NCBI GenBank assembly: GCA_002269645.1
Contig: NIVC01001514.1
Location: 136,253-200,252, forward strand
Length of the DNA: 64,000 bases
Reading direction: 5' to 3'
Origin: Macrostomum lignano
Taxonomy: Eukaryota
Positions 50,301 to 61,856 of the stretch are shown one piece after another. A program made the translations under genes and the position numbers. Position 1 is the stretch's first letter, and each line of letters begins with the position of its first letter. Under the pieces are notes generated by a model. It had not been told where the DNA came from. It made no database searches and saw only the letters and a list, made by a program, of their open reading frames with translations.

Positions 50301-51182
50301 CCCAGTTCCGCTCTCCCCTTTCCAATTCTCCCCAATCTCCCAGTTCCGCTCTCCCCTTTCCAATTCTCCCCAATCTCCCAGTTCCGCTCTCCCCTTTCTA
50401 TTTAACCCCAATCTCCCAGTTCCCGTTATCCCATTTCTAATTCTCCCCAATCTCCCAGTTCCCGTTATCCCATTTCTAATTCTCCCCAATCTCCCAGTTC
50501 CTGCTCTCCCATTTCTAATTCTCCCCAATCTCCCAGTTCCCACTCTCCCATTTCTAATTCTCCCCAATCTCCCAGTTCCCGCTCTCCCCTTTCCAATTCT
50601 CCCCAATCTCCCAGTTCCCGCTCTCCCCTTTCTAATTCTCCCAATCTCTCAGTTCCCGTTATCCCATTTCTAATTCTCCCCAATCTCCCAGTTCCCGTTA
50701 TCCCATTTCTAATTCTCCCCAATCTCCCAGTTCCTGCTCTCCCCTTTCCAATTCTCCCCAATCTCCCAGTTCCGCTCTCCCCTTTCCAATTCTCCCCAAT
50801 CTCCCAGTTCCGCTCTCCCCTTTCTATTTAACCCCAATCTCCCAGTTCCCGTTATCCCATTTCTAATTCTCCCCAATCTCCCAGTTCCCGCTCTCCCCTT
50901 TCCAATTCTCCCCCAATCCTCTCCCAGTTCCCGCTCTCCCCTTTCCAATTCTCCCCAATCCTCTCCCAGTTCCCGCTCTCCCCTTTCTGATTCTCCCCAA
51001 TCTCCCAGTTCCAGCTACTTGAATGCCCTACAGTGCTCACCCACAATGTAGACGCGCATCTCCTGGCCGGTGGCAGGCCTGGTGTACAGCGTCAGAATTA
51101 GATCAGCAATGTCCTCAGAGTAAGCCGCGGCGGCGGGCTGCAGCAGCAGCAGTTTGACATCGGCGGCCTTTCTGTCGGACAT
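47367..51182 (-). CDS. Inhibitor-of-apoptosis-like protein with one BIR domain and a UBA-like domain, no RING; exons 51182-51041 and 48112-47367 (295 aa if the ATG at 51182 is the start)
   Basis: DRLSTL..LAKAGFVHLGPGD..VCFHC..EPLRRHRRASPNC retains the BIR CCHC ligands; LAASFGYS..LAAWLTRYFMRNNG..DIIALA resembles the cIAP UBA; phase-1 junction GTG G|GTGAGC..TTCTCAG|GA TGC; 888 nt in frame. Confidence 0.72.
48244..49379 (-). mobile_element. Internally deleted mariner element with 297-bp inverted arms; left arm interrupted by a SINE
   Basis: TA|CGAGGGGTGTCCCAG..CTGGGACACCCATCG|TA; spacer encodes mariner-like N-terminal HTH remnants LGQKCPEIHENL and DAISQRTVYRWIEQFEAGR (frameshifted). Confidence 0.88.
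48400..48764 (+). mobile_element. Full-length tRNA-derived SINE with A-rich tail and 10-bp TSD
   Basis: Head GGGGCCGTAGCCCAGCAGTCTAGCGC, B-box-like GGCTCGATTCC, tail AATAAAAAAAA; TSD CAGCATGCAT at 48390-48399 and 48765-48774; the opposite arm of the host has the empty site. Confidence 0.92.
49895..51012. repeat. 38-39-nt pyrimidine-rich minisatellite with CTCCCCAATCTCCCAGTTCCCGCTCTCCCC core in the IAP-like intron
   Basis: Tandem copies. Confidence 0.93.
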
Positions 51183-51579
51183 CCTGGAAGTGCCGTGGTG
51201 GGGGCTGCGGCGGTGTAGGCTTAAGAAGATAAGAGTGGGAGAGATTACGAATAAGATCGCGAGTTTCTTTTCCATATAGTCGGGGCAGAACTTAGTTGTT
51301 TCATTTTTTCATCTCGACAAAAAATGTTGATTTTCGCTGGCGCTGCTGGTGCTAAAGCCCTTTAAAGCTTCACGAAAGCCTTAAATTTGATGAAGAGAAC
51401 GAGAGCTCTAGGCTCTGTGTGGAGAGCTTCATGATCCAGTGTAGAGGACAGAGATAAAAAGCAATTCAAAAATAGCATTGCGCGCCAACGTGAATATGCA
51501 CAGATGCTACCAAAATAACCTGCCAAGTTCCCTCGGATTTGTAATATAGCGAAGTTCGGCAAGATTTAAGGATTTAAAA

Positions 51580-52215
51580 TGACGCCAGATTAGAATTTGA
51601 AAAGGCGCCGGTTTAGAATTTGAAATGGCGCCAATTTAGGATTTGAAATGGCCCCAATTTAGAATTTGAAATGGCGCCAATTTAGGATTTGAAATGGCCC
51701 CAATTTAGGATTTGAGATGGCGCCAGATTAGGATTTGAAAAGATGCCAGATTAGAATTTGAAATGGCGCCAGATTAGAATTTGAAAAGGCCCCAGATTAG
51801 AATTTGAAATGGTGCCAGATTAGAATTTGAAATGGCGCCAGATTAGGATTTGAAAAAGCCCCAGATTAGAATTTGAAATGGCGCCAGATTAGAATTTGAA
51901 GTGGCGCCAGTTTAGGATTTGAAAAGGCGCCAGATTAGAATTTGAAATGGCGCCAGATTAGAATTTGAAGTGGCGCCAGTTTAGGATTTGAAAAGGCGCC
52001 AGATTAGAATTTGAAATGGCGCCAGATTAGAATTTGAACTGGCGCCAGTTTAGGATTTGAAAAGGCGCCAGATTAGAATTTGAAATGACCCCAGATTAGA
52101 ATTTGAAAAAGCCCCAGATTAGAATTTGAAAAGGCGCCAGATTAGAATTTGAAATGGCACCAGATTAGAATTTGAAGTGGCGCCAGTTTAGGATTTGAAA
52201 TAGCGCCAGTTTAGG
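51580..52215. repeat. 23-nt minisatellite CCAGATTAGAATTTGAAATGGCG
   Basis: Tandem copies. Confidence 0.94.
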
Positions 52216-52287
52216 AATCAAGACGACCCCTCGATCAATATTGATCTGATGAGGATACGAGAGTCGGATATCCAAGGTATTTCTCAC

Positions 52288-52359
52288 CTTTCCACCTTGC
52301 CTCCGAGTCGCTCTTCTGCCTCATCAATGCAGCAGAAGTATCCGGCTGGCAACTTCAGG
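52288..52359 (-). CDS. Candidate 72-nt internal exon (phase 2-2) LKLPAGYFCCIDEAEERLGGKVE(R), in frame with the IAP-like exon at 51183
   Basis: Acceptor CGACTCAG|C and donor AAAG|GTGAGA; phase matches the TTCCAG|G ATG acceptor; no homology recognised. Confidence 0.35.
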
Positions 52360-52904
52360 CTGAGTCGATATAAAATCTATCTTATCCTTGAAGCAGAAAT
52401 GCTTGCTCTGCTATTAGCCAGAAGAGAACTTGGCAGGATTCAGGAAGCAAGCAAGCTGCTATTCTATTCTAGGGGTGGGGTGCGCCCAGTAGCGTGTAGA
52501 GCTGAAAAGCACGAGAGTTTGCATTTATCAGTCGCAGAATACCCCGGAGACTGCAGTGCACGCGGCCTTATCTGCGTTCGTATCTGCGCACACTGCATGC
52601 ACTGTGACAGTGAGGGGTGGCCGCCCCGCCACCCCACAAAAGCATTTATAATTACACTTGCGCACACAAGCGCACAATGGTCGGGCAGCTGTTGTAAATC
52701 TCAGGCAGCCAGTCCCGTGCCTTGGCATAAACACTGCATGCACGGCCAAGTACAGCATGGAGCCGGTTGAGTTTAATTAAGGGAACTTCCATCCTCTCCT
52801 CAATAAAAATATTTTATCTTTTTTTTAGAAGAAGGATTGATAATACAGGCTGGCACAGGCCAACGGGAAAGTAGTGCTGCAAAAGTGCAAGTTGATTCCA
52901 ATGC

Positions 52905-55010
52905 ACACTAACCCCAATTCCAATGCACACTCACCCCAATTCCAATGCACACTCACCCCAATTCCAATGCACACTCACCCCAATTCCAATGCACACTCAC
53001 CCCAATTCCAATGCACACTCACCCCAATTCCAATGCACACTCACCCCAATTCCAATGTACACTCACCCCAATTCCAATGTACACTCACCCCAATTCCAAT
53101 GCACACTCACCCCAATTCCAATGCACACTCACCCCAATTCCAATGCACACTCACCCCAATTCCAATGCACACTCACCCCAATTCCAATGCACACTCACCC
53201 CAATTCCAATGCACACTCACCCCAATTCCAATGCACACTCACCCCAATTCCAATGCACACTCACCCCAATTCCAATGTACACTCACCCCCAATTCCAATG
53301 TACACTCACCCCAATTCCAATGCACACTCACCCCAATTCCAATGCACACTCACCCCAATTCCAATGCACACTCACCCCAATTCCAATGAACACTCACCCC
53401 CAAATTCCAATGCACACTCACCTCAATTCCAATGCACACTAACCCCAATTCCAATGCACACTCACCCTCAATTCCAATGCACACTCACCTCAATTCCAAT
53501 GCACACTCACCCCAATTCCAATGCACACTCACCCCAATTCCAATGCACACTCACCTCAATTCCAATGCACACTAACCCCAATTCCAATGCACACTCACCC
53601 CAATTCCAATGTACACTCACCCCAATTCCAATGAACACTCACCCCCAAATTCCAATGCACACTAACCCCAATTCCAATGAACACTTACCCCCAATTCCAA
53701 TGTACACTCACCCCAATTCCAATGCACACTCACCCCAATTCCAATGCACACTAACCCCAATTCCAATGAGCACTCACCCCCAATTCCAATGTACACTAAC
53801 CCCAATTCCAATGCACACTCACCCCCAATTCCAATGAGCACTCACCCCAATTCCAATGTACACTCACCCTCAATTCCAATGAGCACTCACCCCAATTCCA
53901 ATGTACACTCACCCCCAATTCCAATGTACACTCACCCCAATTCCAATGTACACTCACCCCCAATTCCAATGTACACTAACCCCAATTCCAATGTACACTC
54001 ACCCCCAATTCCAATGCACAATCACCCCAATTCCAATGTACACTCACCCCAATTCCAATGCACACTCACCCCAATTCCAATGTACACTAACCCCAATTCC
54101 AATGTACACTAACCCCAATTCCAATGCACACTAACCCCAATTCCAATGAACACTCACCCCAAATTCCAATGCACACTCATCCCAATTCCAATGTACACTC
54201 ACCCCAATTCCAATGTACACTAACCCTAATTCCAATGAACACTCACCCCCAATTCCAATGCACACTCATCCCAATTCCAATGCACACTCACCCCAATTCC
54301 AATGCACACTCACCCTCAATTCCAATGAGCACTCACCCCAATTCCAATGTACACTCACCCCAATTCCAATGAGCACTCACCCCAATTCCAATGCACACTC
54401 ATCCCAATTCCAATGCACACTCACCCCCAATTCCAATGTACACTCACCCCAATTCCAATGCACTCACCCCAATTCCAATGCACACTCACCCCAATTCCAA
54501 TGTACACACACCCCAATTCCAATGCACTCACCCCAATTCCAATGCACACTCACCCCAATTCCAATGCACTCACCCCAATTCCAATGCACACTCACCCCAA
54601 TTCCAATGAACACTAACCCCAATTCCAATGTACACACACCCCAATTCCAATGTACACTAACCCCAATTCCAATGTACACTCACCCCCAATTCCAATGTAC
54701 ACTAACCCCAATTCCAATGTACACTCACCCCCAATTCCAATGCACACTCACCCCAATTCCAATGCACTCACCCCAATTCCAATGTACACTCACCCCAATT
54801 CCAATGTACACACACCCCAATTCCAATGTACACTCACCCCAATTCTAATGCACTCACCCCAATTCCAATGTACACTCACCCCAATTCCAATGTACACTCA
54901 CCCCAATTCCAATGTACACACACCCCAATTCCAATGTACACTCACCCCAATTCTAATGCACACACACCCCCAATTCCAATGTACACTCACCCCAATTCCA
55001 ATGTACACTT
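52905..55010. repeat. 22-nt minisatellite CCCCAATTCCAATGCACACTCA, about 95 copies
   Basis: Tandem copies. Confidence 0.96.
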
Positions 55011-55606
55011 ACCCGGTTAACCCTCAAAAAGGAGAAAAAGCGAATAATTTTCCAGCCAAAGCAGTGATGAGAATAAAAATGACAGTTAGAAATAGTTTTA
55101 GTTGTTTATTTTTGGCTTTGAATAAAGCCACAACATGAAGCAATGTCAGAGGCGAAAAGGAAAATTTATAAGTTCATATTACAAGCAAATTTCTTATCGC
55201 ATCAATATCACTGAATATGATCAACAGAAGCAATTAAAAACAGAGCATGAAACAACAACTCCTGTAAGGAGCTTTTATGAGTAAAAACTGGCTAAAAATG
55301 ATAAAATCTTTTGTACACAGACAAGGGTTGACCGCTAAAACACTGTAGTTTAAAACAATTTAAATTTTTTCGATTCACCCACCACCAAACGAACCACAAC
55401 TGAGACACTTGCCACGCCGATTTGTGCCACAAGCGCGCATACGCACGTATTACTACTGACTTGCCAGTACAGTCAGTAGAGCAAGGCGAACGTAGCGCGC
55501 AAATTTAAACGTGTATCAAAAAAGAAAGAATTGAAGGTTCTAAAAAATTTATGGGCCAACTAAAGCAAAACGACGCCTTCAGCGCTCGCAAGTGCGTGCA
55601 TGTCGC

Positions 55607-57806
55607 TTACAGCAGGCGGTGCGGGGCTGCCAAGGCGCCGGAGCAGCGGGCGGCGGCCAGCACTTGTCGGCAGCACTCGGGCCCCGGCGGCAGCTGCTGC
55701 TGCTGCTGGCGGCGTTGATGCCGGCGACTGTCGTCGTTTGTAGCCGCCGCCGATGTCGCCGCCAGCTCGTCGCGCAGCACCTGGAGCGGCGTGTCGGCGC
55801 CAGCTGCCGCGGCCCAGTGAGCGGCTTCGGACGGCCCGGCGACCACGACAACGAGGCCAGTAGGAAGCGATGGCGTCATGCCGGCCAGGGATTCGCGGAG
55901 CCGACGCAGATAGGCATCGTCGGTCGGATCGCAGGCCGGCAGCAGCACCACCGGCAGGTAGTTGCGCTTGGCGCAGGCGACGAGAACGTCGGCAGGATCG
56001 GCCGTAGCGGCGGCGGCGCCGGCGCCCGACTTCGAGTAGCGTCGAGAGGACCGGCGGAAGGACAGTCCGTCGCGAAGCAGTCTTGCAGCTTGCTGAATTC
56101 GCGGACGCTGCTGCCACCGTGGCAGCTTTGACTCTGACCGGTTGTTGGCGACCTCCGCAAGCAGCTCGCCGGAGGACCAGATGCTGGCTGGCTGGCCGCT
56201 GCTGGCCAGGTAGTTCGCCAGGTAGGCAGCTCTGCCAGCCTGCGATGGCGGGTGAAAAATCACGGCGCGGACTGGTGCGGACGAGGGCAACCGAGCCGCT
56301 GACGACGGCGGAGGCTGCGGCAGCGACGGCTGCTCCGGCTTAGCGACAGGCGTCCCGAGACTGCGCCTGGCTCCGGTCAGGACCACCGAATTCTGATTTT
56401 TGTCACCCGGCTTCCGCTGCTCGTGCGTGCGATTCAAAATATAGCTCTGGCGTCGCTTGTGAAATCGGCGCCGAGTGCTGGTGCTGCTGCTGCCGCCGGC
56501 CGCTTCTGGCCAAAACCTCTGCGGAGCTGCAAGCGTCGTTGCCGGCGCCGCCATGGTGGCAGCTCGGCGCAGACGCGGCATGGTGGCCGTCGTGGTCACG
56601 GATGCTGGCAAGGTTGTCGGCGTCGGCGTCGGCAGAACCCGGACGCGGATGAAGCTGAACTCGTCGGTCGCCGGCTCCGAGCCCGTGGCGCTCAGCCGAC
56701 GCCAACCGTCGGGACAGTCGACACCTGACGTTTCCCGAGGAGTTTCGTCGAAGTGCCCGAAACCTCGGCGCTGACTGCAGCTTGGCCTCGAGCGAGCTCG
56801 ACCAGGTCGGAACCGGCCGTCGCATTCGCCTTGTCAGCGGCGTCGTCAGCGGTCTCGGCCAGCAGCAGCAGCTCGTCCAAATCGACGCATTCGCCGGTAT
56901 TTGGGCCATCGGCGACCTCTTTGCCAGTGAAATCCGCGGAACCTTGCGGGTCGACTTCGTCCGGCAGGTTCTCAAGGATGCTATCCAGGTAGATTTCCAC
57001 TATGTTGGAGTCGTCGTCGCTTCGGACGTCCGATTGATCGTCGAACCTCTCGACTGTAGGAATGGCCTCGTCCTTAAAGCAGCCGTTGTGCGCAGTATCG
57101 TCCGGGTCGCTCCGCGCCTGACTGCTGGTCTCCTCCGGACTGCCCACCATCTTGATTGGACAGACGCTGGTGTCTCCGCTGCCGTCCCAGGTTCGACGCT
57201 GCAGCCGATCTGACTGGTGCATCCGGCGGCGCTGCCGGCGTCGAGCCATCTTGCCGGCGTCGACTGCCTCAGAGGTTCCGGCCGGACTGCCGGCTGGCGA
57301 CGATGTTCGCCAGCGAAGCACCGAGTCGACTAGCGAGGGCAGCGAGAGACGAGAGTCGATTGAGAGACGAGACGGTGACGAAGTCGCTAGCGGTAGATGG
57401 TGCCTGCTTGGGTGAGCCAATTGTGGATGGCTTGTCTGGGTAGTAAGTTAGCAGCATAAGGACCGCACAGCAGTCATTGCTGCACACCTGAGCCGCACAC
57501 ACGGCATCAATCACTGCACACCTGAGCCACACACACACACGGCATCAATCACTGCACAGCCAGTCAACTTCCAAATGTCACCCACCTGCTCGTCACGCAC
57601 TGAGCTGCTGTCGGAAAGACCTCCACAACCGTGGACCTCAGACGGGTTTCAGCAGACTCGCCAGAGTTCACCTGCCGAACTGTCAGCGACATTGGTGATG
57701 ATGTCGAAGTTCTAGATGACGTCATGGACAGATCTGGAGACGATGGAAACAGCATGGACTGGGGCCGGTAGACCAGCACAGACTCCTCCTCAGTGTCGTC
57801 AGTCAT
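55607..57806 (-). CDS. Hypothetical gene: exon 57806-57582, then 57435 onward with one frameshift between 56833 and 56692; low-complexity N-terminus and a possibly TIR-like alpha/beta domain (about 56272-55763)
   Basis: About 2 kb GC-rich non-repetitive island with overlapping long ORFs (57420-56692 and 56833-55607); acceptor CAGCAG|CC ATG; phase-0 intron 57581-57436; domain call by eye. Confidence 0.45.
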
Positions 57807-58681
57807 GGCTGCTGGATTCTGTCTCCTGGCTTTGAATGCGGCGAAACAGCAGAGCTGATTTGGTCGACTAGCTTTGAGCAATAACTCGGCTGGCTCAGGA
57901 AAGAGTAGCTTAGCCATAATTGGATAATTCTTACTTAACAATTTATTTATAGCTTCAGAAAAAAATTGAGGCGACACGACTCGTCTCAGGATGCTTGGCT
58001 CGAGTAATTTTGCAGAGCTCAGTGTGTCAGCCACACAATGTTTACTTGGCAATTAAGAGATATTTTGAGCTAGACACGTTTCCCCCTCTCACCTGCAGCT
58101 CTCTACCAGTTACATCATGCAGAGTCTACGCTTGGGCCGGGGGTTTGGGGCTGGTCCTGCATTGATTACGCAATAGGGGGACACCCACCACCCCAATTTC
58201 TGCATACGTGCAGTGTGCAGTTCCAATGAATGTGGCTGACACACTGTAATTTATGATATTTTTATCTTGCGGTTTACAACAATGGCACAGTGGGCTGCTG
58301 TTGATATTGTACGCAATTTAAAGACTAATTTCTAATTGCATCACAGCTCAATACCATATATGGCAGTTGAGACGCTAATTAAAGGTTGGATGAAATTCCA
58401 ATCAATGCAACATGCTGACGGAGACAAGCAACTCAGTGACTTGCTCAACTGGAAATATTCCTTGGCGTCTCTAAGTGTCAACGCTTGAGTGAGCGCATGA
58501 CCCCTGTCTCTGCCGCGTTTTCTGACACCGCCGTGTCTTCTCTCTCTGACAACTCAAATGCAAAACTTACGAGTATATTGGTTAATGCAGTATTTCCCAC
58601 ACAACATTTTTTTCAAATTCTTCCTTTCAAGTTAAATAAGTTTTGAATCTTTTTCTGCGTCAACGAACACCTTGATGTGAT

Positions 58682-59725
58682 GTGACCCACTCTCTCCTTG
58701 TGTCTCAGTGACCCACTCTCTCCTTGTGTCTCAGTGACCCACTCTCTCCTTGTGTCTCAGTGACCCACTCTCTCCTTGTGTCTCAGTGACCCACTCTCTC
58801 CTTGTGTCTCAGTGACCCACTCTCTCCTTGTGTCTCAGTGACCCACTCTCTCCTTGTGTCTCAGTGACCCACTCTCTCCTTGTGTCTCAGTGACCCACTC
58901 TCTCCTTGTGTCTCAGGACCCACTCTCTCCTTGTGCCTCAGTGACCCACTCTCTCCTTGTGTCTCAGTGACCCACTCTCTCCTTGTGTCTCAGTGACCCA
59001 CTCTCTCCTTGTGTCTCAGTGACCCACTCTCTCCTTGTGTCTCAGTGACCCACTCTCTCCTTGTGTCTCAGTGACCCACTCTCTCCTTGTGTCTCAGTGA
59101 CCCACTCTCTCCTTGTGTCTCAGTGACCCACTCTCTCCTTGTGTCTCAGTGACCCACTCTCTCCTTGTGTCTCAGTGACCCACTCTCTCCTTGTGTCTCA
59201 GTGACCCACTCTCTCCTTGTGTCTCAGTGACCCACTCTCTCCTTGTGTCTCAGTGACCCACTCTCTCCTAATTGTGTCTGCCTCAGTGATCACTCTCTCC
59301 TAATTGTGTCTGCCTCAGTGACCCACTCTCTCCTAATTGTGTCTGCCTCAGTGACCCACTCTCTCCTAATTGTGTCTGCCTCAGTGACCCACTCTCTCCT
59401 AATTGTGTCTGCCTCAGTGACCCACTCTCTCCTAATTGTGTCTGCCTCAGTGACCCACTCTCTCCTAATTGTGTCTGCCTCAGTGACCCACTCTCTCCTA
59501 ATTGTGTCTGCCTCAGTGACCCACTCTCTCCTAATTGTGTCTGCCTCAGTGACCCACTCTCTCCTAATTGTGTCTGCCTCAGTGACCCACTCTCTCCTAA
59601 TTGTGTCTGCCTCAGTGACCCACTCTCTCCTAATTGTGTCTGCCTCAGTGACCCACTCTCTCCTAATTGTGTCTGCCTCAGTGACCCACTCTCTCCTAAT
59701 TGTGTCTGCCTCAGTGACCCACTCA
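58682..59725. repeat. Minisatellite switching from a 26-nt unit CAGTGACCCACTCTCTCCTTGTGTCT to a 33-nt unit CAGTGACCCACTCTCTCCTAATTGTGTCTGCCT at about 59262
   Basis: Seen directly. Confidence 0.96.
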
Positions 59726-60439
59726 GTGATCCTCTTCTCATAAATGTAAAGAACATGAGCAACAGTCCAAGTCTGAATTAGGCAAATCATTCACCTTTCG
59801 GAAGCGCAAATTAAATTTTTAATTAACAATATAACATTAAAAATGTCTATTTTAATCATTATACGTCAAACGGAATACTTTAATAACTGTTTAAAATTGT
59901 TTCAAAAAGCTTAATAAGTCGCTTCATCATTTTTTGGCGCCAATAGAAAAAACACGGAAAAGTTTCAAACGGAATTATAAATGGACAGACGAATTAAAAT
60001 AGACAGGAAGTCAGGAAGGCTTCATATTCTGAGAATACTACTTTAGTGCGTACCGGCAGTAGTGCCAAGAAAAAAATGTTTGGAATATTTTTGACAATTA
60101 AAATCGAACCACAAAAGCTAACAGACCATAAAACACTATAAAATGGGTGTTAGTAAACTGAGAGGTGCTACCCAGCTAAATTAAAAAAACATCAGAACCG
60201 ATCAATTTTGTGTTTAGTCAACAGCTGCAGTTTGATTTAAAATGTATGAAAGCATTGCGCATGAACAAAAATATAAAATTATTTAATCCTATATACTAAA
60301 AATGAGTTGTAATGTAACTAAAGATTAGAGAAAAGCAATTAGATTGAGAAACATTGAGATTCAAGTTATCCTGCCATACAAATATAGTTTTCATGCTGGC
60401 TGTTAGTAGGCTGTAACTCGCATTTCATTTGTTGACACC

Positions 60440-60710
60440 GTCACCCACCTCACTCCGTACCCTCAAAAACACTTCCATCAAAACACCCACATCACTCCCT
60501 ACCCCCAAAGACGTCCACCTCACTCTCTATCCCCAAAAACACCCACCTCACTCCATATCCTCAAAAACCCCACCTCAAAAACACCCACCTCACTCACTTT
60601 ACCCCAAAACACCCACCTCACTCCCTTCCGTTACAAACATCCACCGCACTCCCTATCCTGAAAACAACAACCTCACTCATTACCGTCAAAGCCACCCACC
60701 TCACTCCTTA
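60440..60710. repeat. Degenerate CACCCACCTCACTC repeat
   Basis: Recurring motif. Confidence 0.7.
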
Positions 60711-60776
60711 CGAGATGATTACATGTACATAACTTGTTACTTTGAAATTAAGTCAAACAGATTTCCGTCAACAGAA

Positions 60777-61856
60777 TCAGCAGCATTTGCCCTTCAACAG
60801 CCCGCCCTGTCTGGAGCTTCCGTCACGGTCCTTCAATGACAAGGGTGAATTGTGCTGAGGCGAATTCAACTGCCCAACTGGAGTCTTGTGCAACACCATC
60901 TCAGTGAGTGCCAGGAAGGCGGACTCAACTCCGTCGCCTGTTCTGGCCGAGGTTTCGAAGAAAGGGATATCGCGCGATTTGGCCAGCCGTTCTGCCTCCT
61001 GTGCGCTGACCTGCCGCTTCTCGTTCAGGTCGCATTTGTTCCCAACTAACACGCGCTCCACAGATTCGCTGGCGTAGTTCTCGATGTTCTCCAGCCAACG
61101 GCCGACGTTGTCAAAGCTGGCCCGAGAGGTCACGTCATAGACTAGCATGATGCCCATTGCACCGCGGTAGTAGGCTGACACGATGGTGTGAAATCTCTCC
61201 TGCCCAGCCGTGTCCCAGATCTGGCGCAAAACGGACGCGATGTTTTTTATTTGTTTTTTTTTACCAAAAGAATGTACCAGGGACTTTAGCACCAGGGGCT
61301 TTAGCACCAGGGGCTTAGCACCAGGTGTTTTAGCACCAGGGGCTTTAGCACCAGGGGCTTAGCACCAGGGGCTTAGCACCAGGGGCTTTAGCACCAGGGC
61401 TTTAGAACCATGGGCTTTACCACCAGGGGCTTTACCACCAGGGGCTTTACCACCAGGGGCTTTACCACCAGGGGCTTTACCACCAGGGGCTCTAGCACCA
61501 GGGGCTTTAGAACCAGGCGCACCAGCATCAGAGCAAAGGCGCCAGCAAAAAGCCTGCCAATTTTTTAATTCAAAAAATCTGCTTCAAAGTTTGACTACTT
61601 TATTAGGCTTCATAATAAATTCCAAAAAACTAATTAGCAAAGGAAATCACAAAAAATTCTGCTAAAAATCACCTGAAGTTTTATCTTCTTTCCCTCTAAT
61701 TCGATAGTTTTTATCTTGAAATCAATTCCAATTGTTGAAATGAACGACGTCTGAAAAAGTGTTCTCAACATAGCTGAATAGAATGCAGGTCTTGCCCACA
61801 CCAGAGTCTCCAATCAGAAGTAGTTTGAACAGCAGGTCGTATGACTTCTTTGCCAT
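60777..61856 (-). CDS. RAB10: Rab10-like small GTPase (Rab8/10 group); exons 61856-61673 and 61220-60777; exon 1 has one extra nucleotide (assembly error or pseudogene)
   Basis: [23 protein letters not shown]; [24 protein letters not shown]|[13 protein letters not shown]; [13 protein letters not shown]; GNKCD; FFETSAR; KTPV; C-terminal KCC. Exon 1 is 184 nt, whereas 61 codons need 183. Confidence 0.85.
61285..61515. repeat. 14-15-nt minisatellite ACCAGGGGCTTTAGC in the Rab intron
   Basis: Tandem copies. Confidence 0.93.

Noticed and set aside
52249-52770. 173-aa plus-strand ORF
   Set aside because: No homology recognised; overlaps a better-supported candidate exon on the minus strand
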